A stretch of DNA of 46,722 nucleotides from Candidatus Kaiserbacteria bacterium (GCA_016867375.1 VGJQ01000004.1:1-46722); one strand, 5' to 3'. Positions 26,502 through 37,647 are shown, counted from the first letter of the stretch. Translations and numbers: made by a program. The notes: generated by a model from the sequence alone, not told the origin.

Positions 26502-27848
26502 CTACCGCTGTTCGATGATGTCGATATTGGCCTGATATTCCTCGGCGTAGCCCATGACGCCATTGCCGTAGAAGGCGTAGGCGGGTTTTTTGGCATTGGT
26601 CCATCCGGCGAAATAGCGCAGCGCAGCAAGGCGTTCTGCGGCAGGGGTCCGACTGTCTGCACCATTGTCGGCCATGAGGAGCGCGGTCGCAAAGGTGGCG
26701 GTCCGCGGATCCCAAGGATTGGCGGGTCTCTGGCCGGTAGCACCCGCGATGCGTTCCTCATAGAGCACCCAGGTGGATGGGATAAACTGGGCGGGACCCA
26801 TGGCACCGCCATAGCCGCTGGATTGTGGACACGAGACGACCTGTGTCGTCGGGTCGAGCCCCAGATCGCTCGTGATCCGCATGAAAGGATCTACGTCGCG
26901 CGACCCCTTCATCACCTGTCTGAAGAAGGTGCCGGTGTTCTTGCCTTTGCCATCGCCTTTGTTGGGAGTATTCGTCACGAGGCATTGGCCGACGTTTTCT
27001 CCGAGGTTGGTCTCTTGGCGCAGTATTGCCAGTATGAGTGCCGGGCGTACGCCCGTCTTTGCCCCCGCCTCTTTGGCATACGCATATATGTCACCAAAGG
27101 AGACGGATTTTGTATCGCGCAGTGCGAAGAGTTGCGCTTCGATCTGTGCCGCACTCTTCTTCTTTGCGGTGATCATGGTCTGGTAGACGGTCTCCTTGCC
27201 TTTTGCAGCCGAGACGAGGTCCTTCTTTTCTTTCTGGGTATTTTTCAGTGATTGCTGTTGCAGATACTGGATGTGGCGCAGCTCTTCGGTCTCTTGCTTC
27301 TGGTCTTCGAGTGCCTGCTTGCGAGCGGAGAGATCGGAACGCTGTGTCGCCATCCGTATGAACGAGGCGTTCATCGCCTCCTGCACCTGTTCGAATTCGT
27401 CGAGATCCCGGAATATGTCGGTGAGCGATCCACCCAAGGCTATTTCGACGAGAGACATGTCGTCCATCTGATTGGTCGTCCGCAATATCTGCGCGAGCGC
27501 TGTCTGATCGCTCGCGACGCGTGCGTCGAGCTCGCTGATGCCGGATTGTTTTTGTGAGATGCCTGCACGGATCGCTTTGATGGTGAGATCGCGCTGCTTG
27601 ATCTGGAGCTGCGCTTCTTGGATCTTGTAGTCGAGGATGGAGACGTCGCGCTCATATGAGGTGCGCTGTTTTTGGGCATCTGCAAGCTGTGTCTGGTTCT
27701 GCTGGATTTCTGTCTGCACCTGTGCGAGCTGTGCCTGTAGGCGCGCGCGTTCTTCCGCAGCGCTTTCGGACTGAGCAAATGCCGATATAGGGGTGAGCGA
27801 CGTCAACGACGCAAGAAAAAAAGCAATACCAGATAGAGTGGCACGCAT
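26502..27848 (-). CDS. Coiled-coil lytic transglycosylase (PcsB-like N-terminus plus SLT/MltB-like domain)
   Basis: Signal peptide, long coiled coil, LAILRQETNLG, GAMGPAQFIPSTW. Confidence 0.88.
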   Translation of the reverse strand: MRATLSGIAFFLASLTSLTPISAFAQSESAAEERARLQAQLAQVQTEIQQNQTQLADAQKQRTSYERDVSILDYKIQEAQLQIKQRDLTIKAIRAGISQKQSGISELDARVASDQTALAQILRTTNQMDDMSLVEIALGGSLTDIFRDLDEFEQVQEAMNASFIRMATQRSDLSARKQALEDQKQETEELRHIQYLQQQSLKNTQKEKKDLVSAAKGKETVYQTMITAKKKSAAQIEAQLFALRDTKSVSFGDIYAYAKEAGAKTGVRPALILAILRQETNLGENVGQCLVTNTPNKGDGKGKNTGTFFRQVMKGSRDVDPFMRITSDLGLDPTTQVVSCPQSSGYGGAMGPAQFIPSTWVLYEERIAGATGQRPANPWDPRTATFATALLMADNGADSRTPAAERLAALRYFAGWTNAKKPAYAFYGNGVMGYAEEYQANIDIIEQR

Positions 27849-27895
27849 GCGGATTATTATAACGCATTTCTCGAAGGATCAATGCTTCATGATGA

Positions 27896-28204
27896 TCACT
27901 GTGCGGCGCGTGCGCGCTTGTCGGCGAGCGCGACGATTGCGTCGGCGCTATCGAGTGTATGGATCTTTACGCGGTGCGTATGGCCGCATCGCACGCATCG
28001 GTACAGGATAACGTAATTGGGTGTCGTGCCTTCGACGGCAGTCGGCTCCATAGCACCCGCACAAGTGCTCGCACGATCGCCGGGATGTACGTCGACATGC
28101 TTGCTCCACAGGCATGAGGGACAATGATCGGTGTATCCATCGCCAGAGACATGCGTGCCGCATTTTTCGCAGATAAAATCCTCGATGGTGCGTTTGAAGC
28201 TCAT
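27896..28204 (-). CDS. RNHCP domain protein
   Basis: FICEKCG, YTDHCPSCLWSKHVDVHPGDRASTC, RCVRCG. Confidence 0.9.
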   Translation of the reverse strand: MSFKRTIEDFICEKCGTHVSGDGYTDHCPSCLWSKHVDVHPGDRASTCAGAMEPTAVEGTTPNYVILYRCVRCGHTHRVKIHTLDSADAIVALADKRARAAQ

Positions 28205-28258
28205 AGGTAGATTATGCCACAAACTGAAATTACAAAGCGACGCTTTGTAATTTCGTAT

Positions 28259-28513
28259 TTACAAAAGTACGATTGCGCTGTTGTGGGAGCATTCGAGCAC
28301 ACCGTTGTCGATCGGGAAGGTATGCCTTTCGCCGCCCATGACGCGCACGGCGATGGTACCCTTTTTGAGCGTCGTCACAAGCGCTGCATGGTGCGGGAGG
28401 ATCGTCAGCTCGCCCTCGCTGCCGGGCACAGTCGCTGCAAGTGCAGGGCCGTCGAAATGCGTTTTGCTGACGCTCGCGATCACCAGATTGAATGTGGGGG
28501 GGTAGTTTTGCAT
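28259..28513 (-). CDS. atpC: ATP synthase epsilon subunit (N-terminal domain only)
   Basis: VPGSEGELTILPHHAALVTTLKKG; follows atpD. Confidence 0.92.
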   Translation of the reverse strand: MQNYPPTFNLVIASVSKTHFDGPALAATVPGSEGELTILPHHAALVTTLKKGTIAVRVMGGERHTFPIDNGVLECSHNSAIVLL

Positions 28514-28596
28514 AGTGATTAGCGACTAGCCAATAGTGATTAGATTTTTTGTAGGTATCTTTCTTAAGAATCTTACATTTCACGAATGGCTAAACC

Positions 28597-30054
<1,458 letters not shown>

Positions 30055-30069
30055 TTAAATATAAAAAGG

Positions 30070-30426
30070 CTAGGCTCTAACCTTCATGGTCTTTAGGCTC
30101 GCAAGAAGAATACGAATAAGTTCGTCGCTTTCATTCAAGAGTCGCTTAACCTCCTCACTTTCTTGAATGCCATACTCTGCTATGACCTCAAGCCAATACT
30201 TTGTCTCGTTTGCGGATTGAAGTGCTATATGGAAATAACGAACAAAGCCTGCTTTGGTCACTGCTCCATGAGCTTCTGTAATATTTGCGCCAACGGAGCC
30301 TGAACTTCGAATCACTTGATTGAAGACATGGTATAAAACTTTATCCGGAGCATGTTTGTGAGCGAGGCGCATGATTGCGACTGAAAACTGTATGAGCCGA
30401 GGCTTGAGTGGATTTTCGTTTTGCAT
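30070..30426 (-). CDS. Four-helix-bundle protein (23S rRNA IVP / bAvd-like family)
   Basis: QVIRSSGSVGANITEA, FVRYFHIALQSANETKYWL, ELIRIL; lower GC than neighbours. Confidence 0.9.
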   Translation of the reverse strand: MQNENPLKPRLIQFSVAIMRLAHKHAPDKVLYHVFNQVIRSSGSVGANITEAHGAVTKAGFVRYFHIALQSANETKYWLEVIAEYGIQESEEVKRLLNESDELIRILLASLKTMKVRA

Positions 30427-30463
30427 ATTTTATATTTTTGATTTTTAGTTTTATATTTTTCCC

Positions 30464-31420
30464 CTACCTCATCGCCTCCATGCCCGATGTGATCTCGGAT
30501 ACTTCGCGGGTGATGGCTGCTTGGCGGGCTTTGTTGAAATGGCGGGTGTAGGATTTGACCATGTCTTTGGCCTTGTCGGTCGCGCTCTTCATGGCGACGC
30601 GGCGTGCGCTGTGTTCGGACGCTTTTGATTCGATGAATGCGTGGAAGACCATGATGTTGATGAGGCGCGGAAGGAGCTCTGCGAGGACCTGATCGACGGA
30701 GGGTTCGACGAGATAGATCGCTAGGGGTGGGACGGGTGCCTCGCTGCGGGGAGCGTAGCGTCCGCGCGCGGGGCGGATGCCGGCGACCGTCTCGCGGACT
30801 GCTTCCGGCGTGACGGGTATGACCTGGTGCGCGAGCGCCTCTTGCTCAAATGTCGAGATAAAATTCGTGTATATGACAAGGCATGTGTCGATCTCCCCGA
30901 CTGCATGCCAAGAGAGTAGTTCATCTGTGATGGTGCGCAGGTCGGATTCGGAGAGATCATCGCTGACGTTTTCCCTGCGGATGCGGACATCGTAGCCGCG
31001 ATTGGCGAAGTGTTCGGCGCCACGGCGGCCGATCGCGATCATGATCGTCTGCTCGGGTCCTAGGTTGCGTGCGGCGATTTCGTGTTCGGCGCGGCGGATG
31101 ACGGAGCTGTTGAGCGAACCGGCAAGCCCTTTGTCGCTCGTCACTATGATAAGGCAGGTGCGAAATTTGGGTTTCGTAAACCCAAAATTTGGGTTTACGA
31201 AACCCAAATTTCGCACCATGAGGGGGTGATGCGAAGTGTCCAGGGATCTGGAGAGGTGCTCAAGGACGGAGAGAGCGGCGGCGGCATAGGCGCGGCCGGC
31301 GAGCGCGCGCTCTTGGGTCTTGCGCATCTTGACCGCGGAGACGGCTTCCATGGCGTGGGTCACCGTCCCCGTCTTGCGGTACGACTGGATTTTGATTTTT
31401 ATGTTTTTGAGGCTGGCCAT
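30464..31420 (-). CDS. atpG: ATP synthase gamma subunit
   Basis: VTHAMEAVSAVK, TSDKGLAGSLN, SEHSARRVAMKSATD, RQAAITREVSEI. Confidence 0.97.
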   Translation of the reverse strand: MASLKNIKIKIQSYRKTGTVTHAMEAVSAVKMRKTQERALAGRAYAAAALSVLEHLSRSLDTSHHPLMVRNLGFVNPNFGFTKPKFRTCLIIVTSDKGLAGSLNSSVIRRAEHEIAARNLGPEQTIMIAIGRRGAEHFANRGYDVRIRRENVSDDLSESDLRTITDELLSWHAVGEIDTCLVIYTNFISTFEQEALAHQVIPVTPEAVRETVAGIRPARGRYAPRSEAPVPPLAIYLVEPSVDQVLAELLPRLINIMVFHAFIESKASEHSARRVAMKSATDKAKDMVKSYTRHFNKARQAAITREVSEITSGMEAMR

Positions 31421-31424
31421 GATG

Positions 31425-31832
31425 CTAGTTGAAGTGTTGTCGTGTCAGCTCTTGGAAGTCAGCTTTATGTTTAATAAGTTCTTCCAGTATGTCTTGGTAG
31501 CGGGAGATGCTTTCTTCGCTCTTAGCGAGGAGCCCTTCGAATGTGCGTATATTGTCCTCGATCATCTTGATGATATTTTTTATGATCTTTTGAGTACTTT
31601 CCATGTCGGGATTTTCGCTCATGTCAAACGCTACTTGATGATCCTCCAACTCTTTTTTGTTTCGATCAATCTCTGCAAGCAGATCATCACGCTCCTTTTT
31701 CGCGACAACAATCCATTCACGGACCCTCTTGATCTGCATCTCGGTATCATTTGATTCATCCGACAATTCTTGCAGATCGGGCGCTTCTGGCAGCACTTGT
31801 TTTTTGTCTATGTGTCGGAATCCCTCTAGCAT
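31425..31832 (-). CDS. Hypothetical acidic coiled-coil protein between atpA and atpG
   Basis: Fills the gap with 3-4 nt spacing on each side; heptad-rich. Confidence 0.65.
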   Translation of the reverse strand: MLEGFRHIDKKQVLPEAPDLQELSDESNDTEMQIKRVREWIVVAKKERDDLLAEIDRNKKELEDHQVAFDMSENPDMESTQKIIKNIIKMIEDNIRTFEGLLAKSEESISRYQDILEELIKHKADFQELTRQHFN

Positions 31833-31835
31833 AGG

Positions 31836-33404
31836 TTATTTCGTCGCAAACAATTCCGGATGTGCGAGCTTGAATTCTTCCATTGCGCGGCCCAGGCTTT
31901 TTTGGGAGTCTTCGGAGACGAGGCCGGTCTCTTTGATCTCTGCCAGGGTCTTCGCGTGTTGGCCGTCTAGGTAGTCGATGAATTGTGCTTCGACGGCGGT
32001 CACCTCTTTGACCGCGACATCGGCGAAAAATGCGTGCGTGGCAGCGTAGAGGATGGCGACCTGCTTTTCAAACGGCAGCGGTTCGCCGTTTTTCTGCTTC
32101 AAGACTTCGACCATGCGCTGGCCGGATGCGATGCGCTCGGCGGTCGCCTTGTCGAGGTCTTGGGCAAACTGCATGAAAGCTTCGAGTTCGCGGAACTGTG
32201 CAAGCTCAAGCTTGAGCTTGCCGGCGACGGATTTCATAGCCTTGGTCTGCGCATCACCGCCGACGCGTGAGACCGAGAGACCGACGTCGATCGCCGGGCG
32301 CACTCCCTTGTTGAAGAGGTCGGTCATGAGGAATATCTGGCCGTCGGTGATCGAGATCACATTGGTCGGGATGTATGCCGAGATGTCGCCTTCGAGCGTC
32401 TCGATGATCGGAAGTGCGGTGAGTGATCCCCCACCCTTCTCTTCGCTGAGGCGACACGCGCGCTCGAGGAGACGTGAATGCAGATAGAAAATGTCGCCCG
32501 GATACGCTTCGCGGCCCGGCGGACGACGCAGGAGGAGCGAGAGCTGGCGGTAGGCGGTCGCCTGCTTGGAGAGGTCGTCGTAGATGACGAGCACGTCTTT
32601 ACCGGCGTCCATAAAATATTCGCCGATCGCCGCGCCGGTGAATGGTGCGAGGTATTGGAGTGTCGCCGGTGCCGAGGCCGAAGCATCGACGATGATGGTG
32701 TATTCGAGTGCGCCCGCGTCGCGCAGCTGCTGCATGATCCGCGCAGTCTTGGATTCCTTTTGGCCGATGGCGACGTAGATGCAGATGGGGCGTGTGTCTT
32801 CAGGACCATTCTTTTGATTGATAATCGTATCTATCGCGATAGTGGTCTTGCCGGTCGATCGGTCGCCGATCAGGAGTTCGCGCTGGCCGCGGCCGATCGG
32901 GATCATGGCGTCGATCGCCTTGATGCCGGTCTGGAGCGGGACGGAGACGTGTTTGCGGTCGATCACGCCGCTTGCCTGGCGTTCCACGGGCATCATGGTC
33001 GGATTCTTGAAAGGACCCTTGCCGTCGATAGGTTCGCCGAGCGCATTGACCACGCGGCCCAGAAGCTCTTCACCAGAGGGCACCATGAGCACCTTGCCGG
33101 TCGATTTGACCGTCATGCCTTCGGTCACGCGCGCGGTGTCGCCGAGGATCGAGGCACGGACACCATCCTCTTCGAGGTTGAGGATGAGGCCCAGTAGGGT
33201 GGACGTCTGATGCATCGAGTCCTCGAGCTTTTTGCCCTTACCCTCTTCGAATACGATGACTTCGCTCATCACCGCTTTGGACAAGCCATCAATCGCGACG
33301 ACGCCGTCGCCCACCGCCGTGACGCGACCGACGTGCTGGTGATCGTGCGTGGGCGTGTAGCCTTCGATTTCTCTGACGATTTTCTCTACGATTGATGGGT
33401 CCAT
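31836..33404 (-). CDS. atpA: ATP synthase F1 alpha subunit
   Basis: [45 protein letters not shown]. Confidence 0.98.
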   Translation of the reverse strand: MDPSIVEKIVREIEGYTPTHDHQHVGRVTAVGDGVVAIDGLSKAVMSEVIVFEEGKGKKLEDSMHQTSTLLGLILNLEEDGVRASILGDTARVTEGMTVKSTGKVLMVPSGEELLGRVVNALGEPIDGKGPFKNPTMMPVERQASGVIDRKHVSVPLQTGIKAIDAMIPIGRGQRELLIGDRSTGKTTIAIDTIINQKNGPEDTRPICIYVAIGQKESKTARIMQQLRDAGALEYTIIVDASASAPATLQYLAPFTGAAIGEYFMDAGKDVLVIYDDLSKQATAYRQLSLLLRRPPGREAYPGDIFYLHSRLLERACRLSEEKGGGSLTALPIIETLEGDISAYIPTNVISITDGQIFLMTDLFNKGVRPAIDVGLSVSRVGGDAQTKAMKSVAGKLKLELAQFRELEAFMQFAQDLDKATAERIASGQRMVEVLKQKNGEPLPFEKQVAILYAATHAFFADVAVKEVTAVEAQFIDYLDGQHAKTLAEIKETGLVSEDSQKSLGRAMEEFKLAHPELFATK

Positions 33405-33458
33405 AGGGGTAGTGATTAGTGAATAGTGGCTAGTGATTAGTAAAATGCAGAGGAATAC

Positions 33459-33860
33459 TTATGTGGTGGCGGCTTGGTAGATGGCGAGGAGGTGCTTTTT
33501 GTAACTGGCGTCGATGAGATGCCCTTGGCCCTCAAGACGCCATCCGCCGATGAGCGATGCGTCGATATGTGTCTCCCCTTCTTCGCCAAGGCTACGCAGG
33601 GCAGGGATGTTGAGTTTTTCAAGAGCAGCTAGTGCTTCTTTACGCGCATGCGCTTCGTCGCCTTTGTGCGCGATGGTAAGCGTCATGGTGCTTCGCGTGC
33701 GCTCGCGCGCGGCGAGCCGCTCAAATGCGCGGGCGATGCGCGGCATAAGCTCGGTACGGCCCTGGGCTTCTAACTGGGTGTGTATCGCATGCACGGCCTT
33801 CTCGGGCTCCATGCCGCCCTCGATCAGTTGCCACAAAGCTTGTGCGTACGCGTTTTGCAT
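33459..33860 (-). CDS. atpH: ATP synthase delta subunit (short)
   Basis: YAQAL, DASLIGGWRLEG...IDAS; between atpF and atpA. Confidence 0.9.
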   Translation of the reverse strand: MQNAYAQALWQLIEGGMEPEKAVHAIHTQLEAQGRTELMPRIARAFERLAARERTRSTMTLTIAHKGDEAHARKEALAALEKLNIPALRSLGEEGETHIDASLIGGWRLEGQGHLIDASYKKHLLAIYQAATT

Positions 33861-33946
33861 AGTGATTAGTGATTAGCCAATAGTGAATAGTGTCTCATAA
33901 ATCCTGAATGTTTTTTCGTATTTGTATTCATACCAGTGGCTATTCC

Positions 33947-34396
33947 CTAGTGGCTATTCCCTCTCAATATCTTCTCGGCGGCGAGCATCGCGGTGCGGGC
34001 GATCTGGCGCTCACTCTCTTGGAGTGCGAGGCGCTGGGCCTCTTCTGCGCGTGCCTGCGCCTCGCGCATGGTTGCCTCGGCTCGTGCTTCGGCGGCCTTC
34101 ATGATCTCGTTGCCCTTCTCATCGGCGCGTGCGCGAGCGGCAGCGGCGAGCGCTTCGGCATCGCGCGCGGCAGCACCGATGATCTGCTCCCCTTCTTCCT
34201 GGGCGGCTAGAAGATTGCGGTCCGCCTCCTCGGCTTTGCGCACACCCTCGGCGATCTTGGCGCGGCGCTCGTCGATCAGCTTCATCATCGGCTGATAGAG
34301 GAAATAGGTAAGTGCTCCAACAAGGATGCCAAAATTGATCCCCTGGATGATAAGGAGTCGCCAATCGATGCCGAATGCTGAGAAGAGTTGGTGCAT
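33947..34396 (-). CDS. atpF: ATP synthase b subunit
   Basis: QGINFGILV...LYQPMMKLIDERRAKI followed by an Ala-rich coiled coil. Confidence 0.95.
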   Translation of the reverse strand: MHQLFSAFGIDWRLLIIQGINFGILVGALTYFLYQPMMKLIDERRAKIAEGVRKAEEADRNLLAAQEEGEQIIGAAARDAEALAAAARARADEKGNEIMKAAEARAEATMREAQARAEEAQRLALQESERQIARTAMLAAEKILRGNSH

Positions 34397-34424
34397 AGTG
34401 GCTAGTGGCTAGTGGCTAGTGGCT
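34396..34424. repeat. Heptamer array (TAGTGGC)x4 abutting the atpF start
   Basis: Seen directly; related arrays at 33860-33891, 33410-33440, 28513-28543, 25954-26035 and 19762-19870. Confidence 0.85.
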
Positions 34425-34458
34425 AAAAAGCCGCAAGCCAAAAAGCCGCGCAGTACGG

Positions 34459-34686
34459 TTACACGAACATGATCACGAACGCCACGACGAGCGCCAAGAT
34501 GCCGAGCGCTTCCGCGAACGCGATCGCGAGTACCATATTTGGGGCGATCTTGCCGGCGGCGTCAGGATTGCGGCCCATGGCGTCCATGCCCTTACTGCCG
34601 ATCCAGCCGATGGCAATGGCCGGTCCGAGGATGCCAAAGGTTGCGATGAGTGCAGTGCCGATAACTTTTATTGCTTCGATGTCCAT
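34459..34686 (-). CDS. atpE: ATP synthase c subunit
   Basis: MGRNPDA loop, AIAFAEALGI with the proton-carrying Glu. Confidence 0.96.
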   Translation of the reverse strand: MDIEAIKVIGTALIATFGILGPAIAIGWIGSKGMDAMGRNPDAAGKIAPNMVLAIAFAEALGILALVVAFVIMFV

Positions 34687-34758
34687 ATGAATGTGATTAC
34701 ATAACCAATAAACATTTAATGTAGTCATTATAACACTCGTATTCCTAGGTATTGCATA

Positions 34759-34787
34759 TTGACAAATAATGCTTATGGTGATATCAT
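34759..34787 (+). promoter_or_regulatory. Sigma70 promoter TTGACA-17-TATCAT
   Basis: Upstream of the small ORF at 34841. Confidence 0.65.
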
Positions 34788-34840
34788 TGTACCGGATGGA
34801 GAATCGACATGATTCTCTTTTTATGTGGAGGAAGACGACC

Positions 34841-34948
34841 ATGATCGGGCAGAATGAAAAGGAGCCTTTTTTAGACTCGAAGTGGGGCGCGATTGTGCTT
34901 TTGGTTGCAATGATTGTGTGCGTCATTGTATCTGCAATCGCAGGCTGA
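34841..34948 (+). CDS. 35-aa single-TM peptide (MIGQNEKEPFLDSKWGAIVLLVAMIVCVIVSAIAG)
   Basis: GGAGG SD, own promoter and downstream hairpin; below the ORF-track cutoff. Confidence 0.55.
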   Translation: MIGQNEKEPFLDSKWGAIVLLVAMIVCVIVSAIAG

Positions 34949-34972
34949 CCCCCTGTGGTATTTCAACGCGTA

Positions 34973-35002
34973 AAAACGCCCCAACACTGAGTGGGGCGTT
35001 TT
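34973..35002. terminator. Bidirectional terminator between the small peptide gene and atpB
   Basis: AAAACGCCCCA/TGGGGCGTTTT. Confidence 0.7.
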
Positions 35003-35056
35003 GATTTTGTGCATTTTTACTGTGCCCCGTGAGGGTCGCCTACCCCGTGAGGAGAT

Positions 35057-35878
35057 TTAGTGTCCTTCTACGGGGGTGATCGCAAACTTGATGAAAAATA
35101 GCGTCAGGAGCATAAACACAGACGCTTGGACGAACCCGATGAACACTTCAAATGCCATGAATGGCACAGGTATGACATACGGGACTAAGAATGTGACAAC
35201 CGCAATCAAGACTTCCCCAGCAAAGATGTTGCCAAAAAGACGGAAGGAAAAGGATATGAAGCGTGTCATTTCCCCGATAAATTCGGTGAGGCCAAGTACG
35301 AAGTTGATCGGAGAGGAAAAGTTGAAAAACTTGCCTGCATAGCGCCAAAAGCCGACGGCGACGATACCCATGACTTCGATGAAGATGACGGCGACGACAG
35401 CAAGCGCGAGTGTGGTGTTGAGGTCGGTATTCGGGCCGCGCAAAAGCGATACCTCATGGCCGTCGTGCTTCACGGTAATGGATTTGATGCCAGGGACAAA
35501 CTCAAGCCAGTTGGATACAAGAATGAAGAGGAATAGGGTGATGAGGAGTGGAAATACACGCCGCGCCCACTTTGCGTCGTCGAGTGTCTCATGGACAAAG
35601 TCGTAGAGGAAGGTCAGGATGGTCTCGATAAAAGTCTGAAAACGCCCTGGTATGAGCGCGAGGCGCTTGCCGAGTCCGATGGCGAGGATGAGCAGGAGGA
35701 TGGCTGACATCCAGCTCGTGATGAGGGTATTGGTGATCGGTACACCGCCGATGGTGGTGACAACTTCCGGCGAGAGTGCTACGTGGATGCCATGGGAAGC
35801 CGCTTCGTGTGCGACAGCAGCCTCATGTGCGACCGCGTCTGCAGCGATCGGCATGTCGAAGGCAATCTGCTCGAACAT
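35057..35878 (-). CDS. atpB: ATP synthase a subunit
   Basis: PGRFQ, SFSFRLFGNIFAGE, FIGFVQASVF. Confidence 0.96.
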   Translation of the reverse strand: MFEQIAFDMPIAADAVAHEAAVAHEAASHGIHVALSPEVVTTIGGVPITNTLITSWMSAILLLILAIGLGKRLALIPGRFQTFIETILTFLYDFVHETLDDAKWARRVFPLLITLFLFILVSNWLEFVPGIKSITVKHDGHEVSLLRGPNTDLNTTLALAVVAVIFIEVMGIVAVGFWRYAGKFFNFSSPINFVLGLTEFIGEMTRFISFSFRLFGNIFAGEVLIAVVTFLVPYVIPVPFMAFEVFIGFVQASVFMLLTLFFIKFAITPVEGH

Positions 35879-35928
35879 AATGCAGAAAGTCTACCATGGC
35901 TTTTTTGAGGGCCAAAGTGCGCGGATTG

Positions 35929-36573
35929 TTATCGCTGTGGTGGGAGGAGGACGTTGTCGATCAGGTAGACGATACCGTTCTCTGCTTCGTATTTGTGGAT
36001 GAAGATCGCGCTGTTGACGAGCGGGATCTGGTCGGCGCCGAAGCTGAAATTGAGCATATCGCCCGACATGGCTTGGATGGTCCCCGCTCTTTGCGCTTGT
36101 GCATCGATCATGCGACCGTCGATGACGTGATATTGCATGAAGCGGAGCTTCTGTGCGTCGGTCATTTTTGTGATGGTGCCTGGCGGGAGCTGGCTGAATG
36201 CACCGTTGGACGGTACGAAGATGGTGTAGGGGCCTTTGCCGTCGAGTGCGGTGGCGACGCCGGTCGATTTGAAAAGTGCTTTGAATTGGGATGTGTTTGG
36301 GATCTTCTGCGCGACGGTCACGACGGACGAAAGTTTGCGCGCGGTACTCTGCGATGATGCGGTGGATTTTGAAGAGGCCTTTGCAGGGGCGCCGTCCCCA
36401 TTCTCTGCGCTCGTAAGTACGAGATTCTCGAAACTGAAATCTGATCCAGCGGCAGACCTCTCTTGATATACGAATATGGCGATGGCTGCGAGGACGGCGA
36501 GTGCGGCTACTATCCAGGTGGTGCGCGACGCTCTTCTCTCGCGCGAAGTCTTGGCCCCTTTGGCGAATGGCAT
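35929..36573 (-). CDS. Fasciclin (FAS1) domain protein
   Basis: GPYTIFVPSNGAF, YHVI, NGIVYLIDNVLLP; N-terminal TM. Confidence 0.92.
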   Translation of the reverse strand: MPFAKGAKTSRERRASRTTWIVAALAVLAAIAIFVYQERSAAGSDFSFENLVLTSAENGDGAPAKASSKSTASSQSTARKLSSVVTVAQKIPNTSQFKALFKSTGVATALDGKGPYTIFVPSNGAFSQLPPGTITKMTDAQKLRFMQYHVIDGRMIDAQAQRAGTIQAMSGDMLNFSFGADQIPLVNSAIFIHKYEAENGIVYLIDNVLLPPQR

Positions 36574-36670
36574 CTGCGGATTATATCACGCACAGGTCTC
36601 TCATGTGGGGATAAAGTAAGTATCGACAAGGCCACTCGATGATGCTATTTTCTGCGTAGACCACCCATAC

Positions 36671-37015
36671 ATGAAGTGGAGATTGAAGATGTCGGTCGTG
36701 ATACACGTCGGCTTCCAGCCGTTAACGTATGAAGAGATGCAGCGACTCGAGCCCGGACAGGTCATAGATGCGTATGTGGATACGGAATCTTATGAGAACC
36801 ACCATTCTGTGAAGAAAATTCCTCTTGAGATCACGATTCTCGAAGTCTTGAATGATGCAGATGATGGAGGTATGCGCATCAGATTTTCATATCCTGGCTG
36901 CAGTGTTCCAGAGGGAAGGGAATGTACCGCTTTGTATCGCAGAATATTTTCCAACGGCGCGCATGTAAAGAGTCCCGGCATGTTGGCTCGATGCGCCTCA
37001 TTTTTTGTCTCCTGA
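36671..37015 (+). CDS. Hypothetical protein
   Basis: ORF followed by hairpins at about 37048-37120; the start may be 36689. Confidence 0.5.
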   Translation: MKWRLKMSVVIHVGFQPLTYEEMQRLEPGQVIDAYVDTESYENHHSVKKIPLEITILEVLNDADDGGMRIRFSYPGCSVPEGRECTALYRRIFSNGAHVKSPGMLARCASFFVS

Positions 37016-37146
37016 GACGCGTCGGAATATACGCGTATTGACATACTTACCCCCCTCTCTCGTATGAGGGGGAGTTTTTTATGCGCCAAAAATCCCCGTT
37101 TACGGGGATTTTTGGCGCACCACATCATGTGTGTATCGGGACGAGG

Positions 37147-37539
37147 CTACTTCCGCATCGTGACATTGATCGTGTAGTCGGATGCTTCGAAGAATGCCTT
37201 GGCAAACTCTGCCGTCTGCACGGGATCGTAGAATTTGCACGAGAAGACGTCGAGATAGGTCGTGTTGGTGGCATTGGCAAAGTGTGCCGAGATGAGACTC
37301 GTCTCGATAAGCTGCGTCATCGAGAAGCCAGCTACGCGCTCGTCTTCGCCGAAGTCGACCACGACGGTGTCGCCGAATCGCTTCATACTAATACGGTCGC
37401 ACAAGGCGACCACGAATTCCTTGATTTTTTCTGCGTCGCGGATAGTCTCCGCTTTGCAGCCGTGCAGGTCGATGGCCGAAGCCAATCCCCATGCATCAGA
37501 ATGTTTGTAATCTGCCTCAATGCTTTGTATGTCGATCAT
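37147..37539 (-). CDS. speD: Pyruvoyl-dependent S-adenosylmethionine decarboxylase-family proenzyme
   Basis: IDLHGC, GFSMTQLIETSLISAHF, YLDVFSCK. Confidence 0.8.
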   Translation of the reverse strand: MIDIQSIEADYKHSDAWGLASAIDLHGCKAETIRDAEKIKEFVVALCDRISMKRFGDTVVVDFGEDERVAGFSMTQLIETSLISAHFANATNTTYLDVFSCKFYDPVQTAEFAKAFFEASDYTINVTMRK

Positions 37540-37647
37540 GAGCCATAAAATTAGTTGCTATTGATATACTGCAAATATACAACATTTGAAGGAAGTCAAA
37601 CAGGTTATCCACATGTTTGGTGCTGGAGAGATACAAGGCGCGGCGGC

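Noticed and set aside
30070-30426. Diversity-generating retroelement (Avd-like gene)
   Set aside because: No reverse transcriptase and no TR/VR pair with adenine-specific mismatches seen in the window.
34687-34926. 80-aa N-terminal extension of AtpE in the ORF track
   Set aside because: Homology begins at MDIEAIK (34686); the extension overlaps promoters and the opposite-strand peptide gene.
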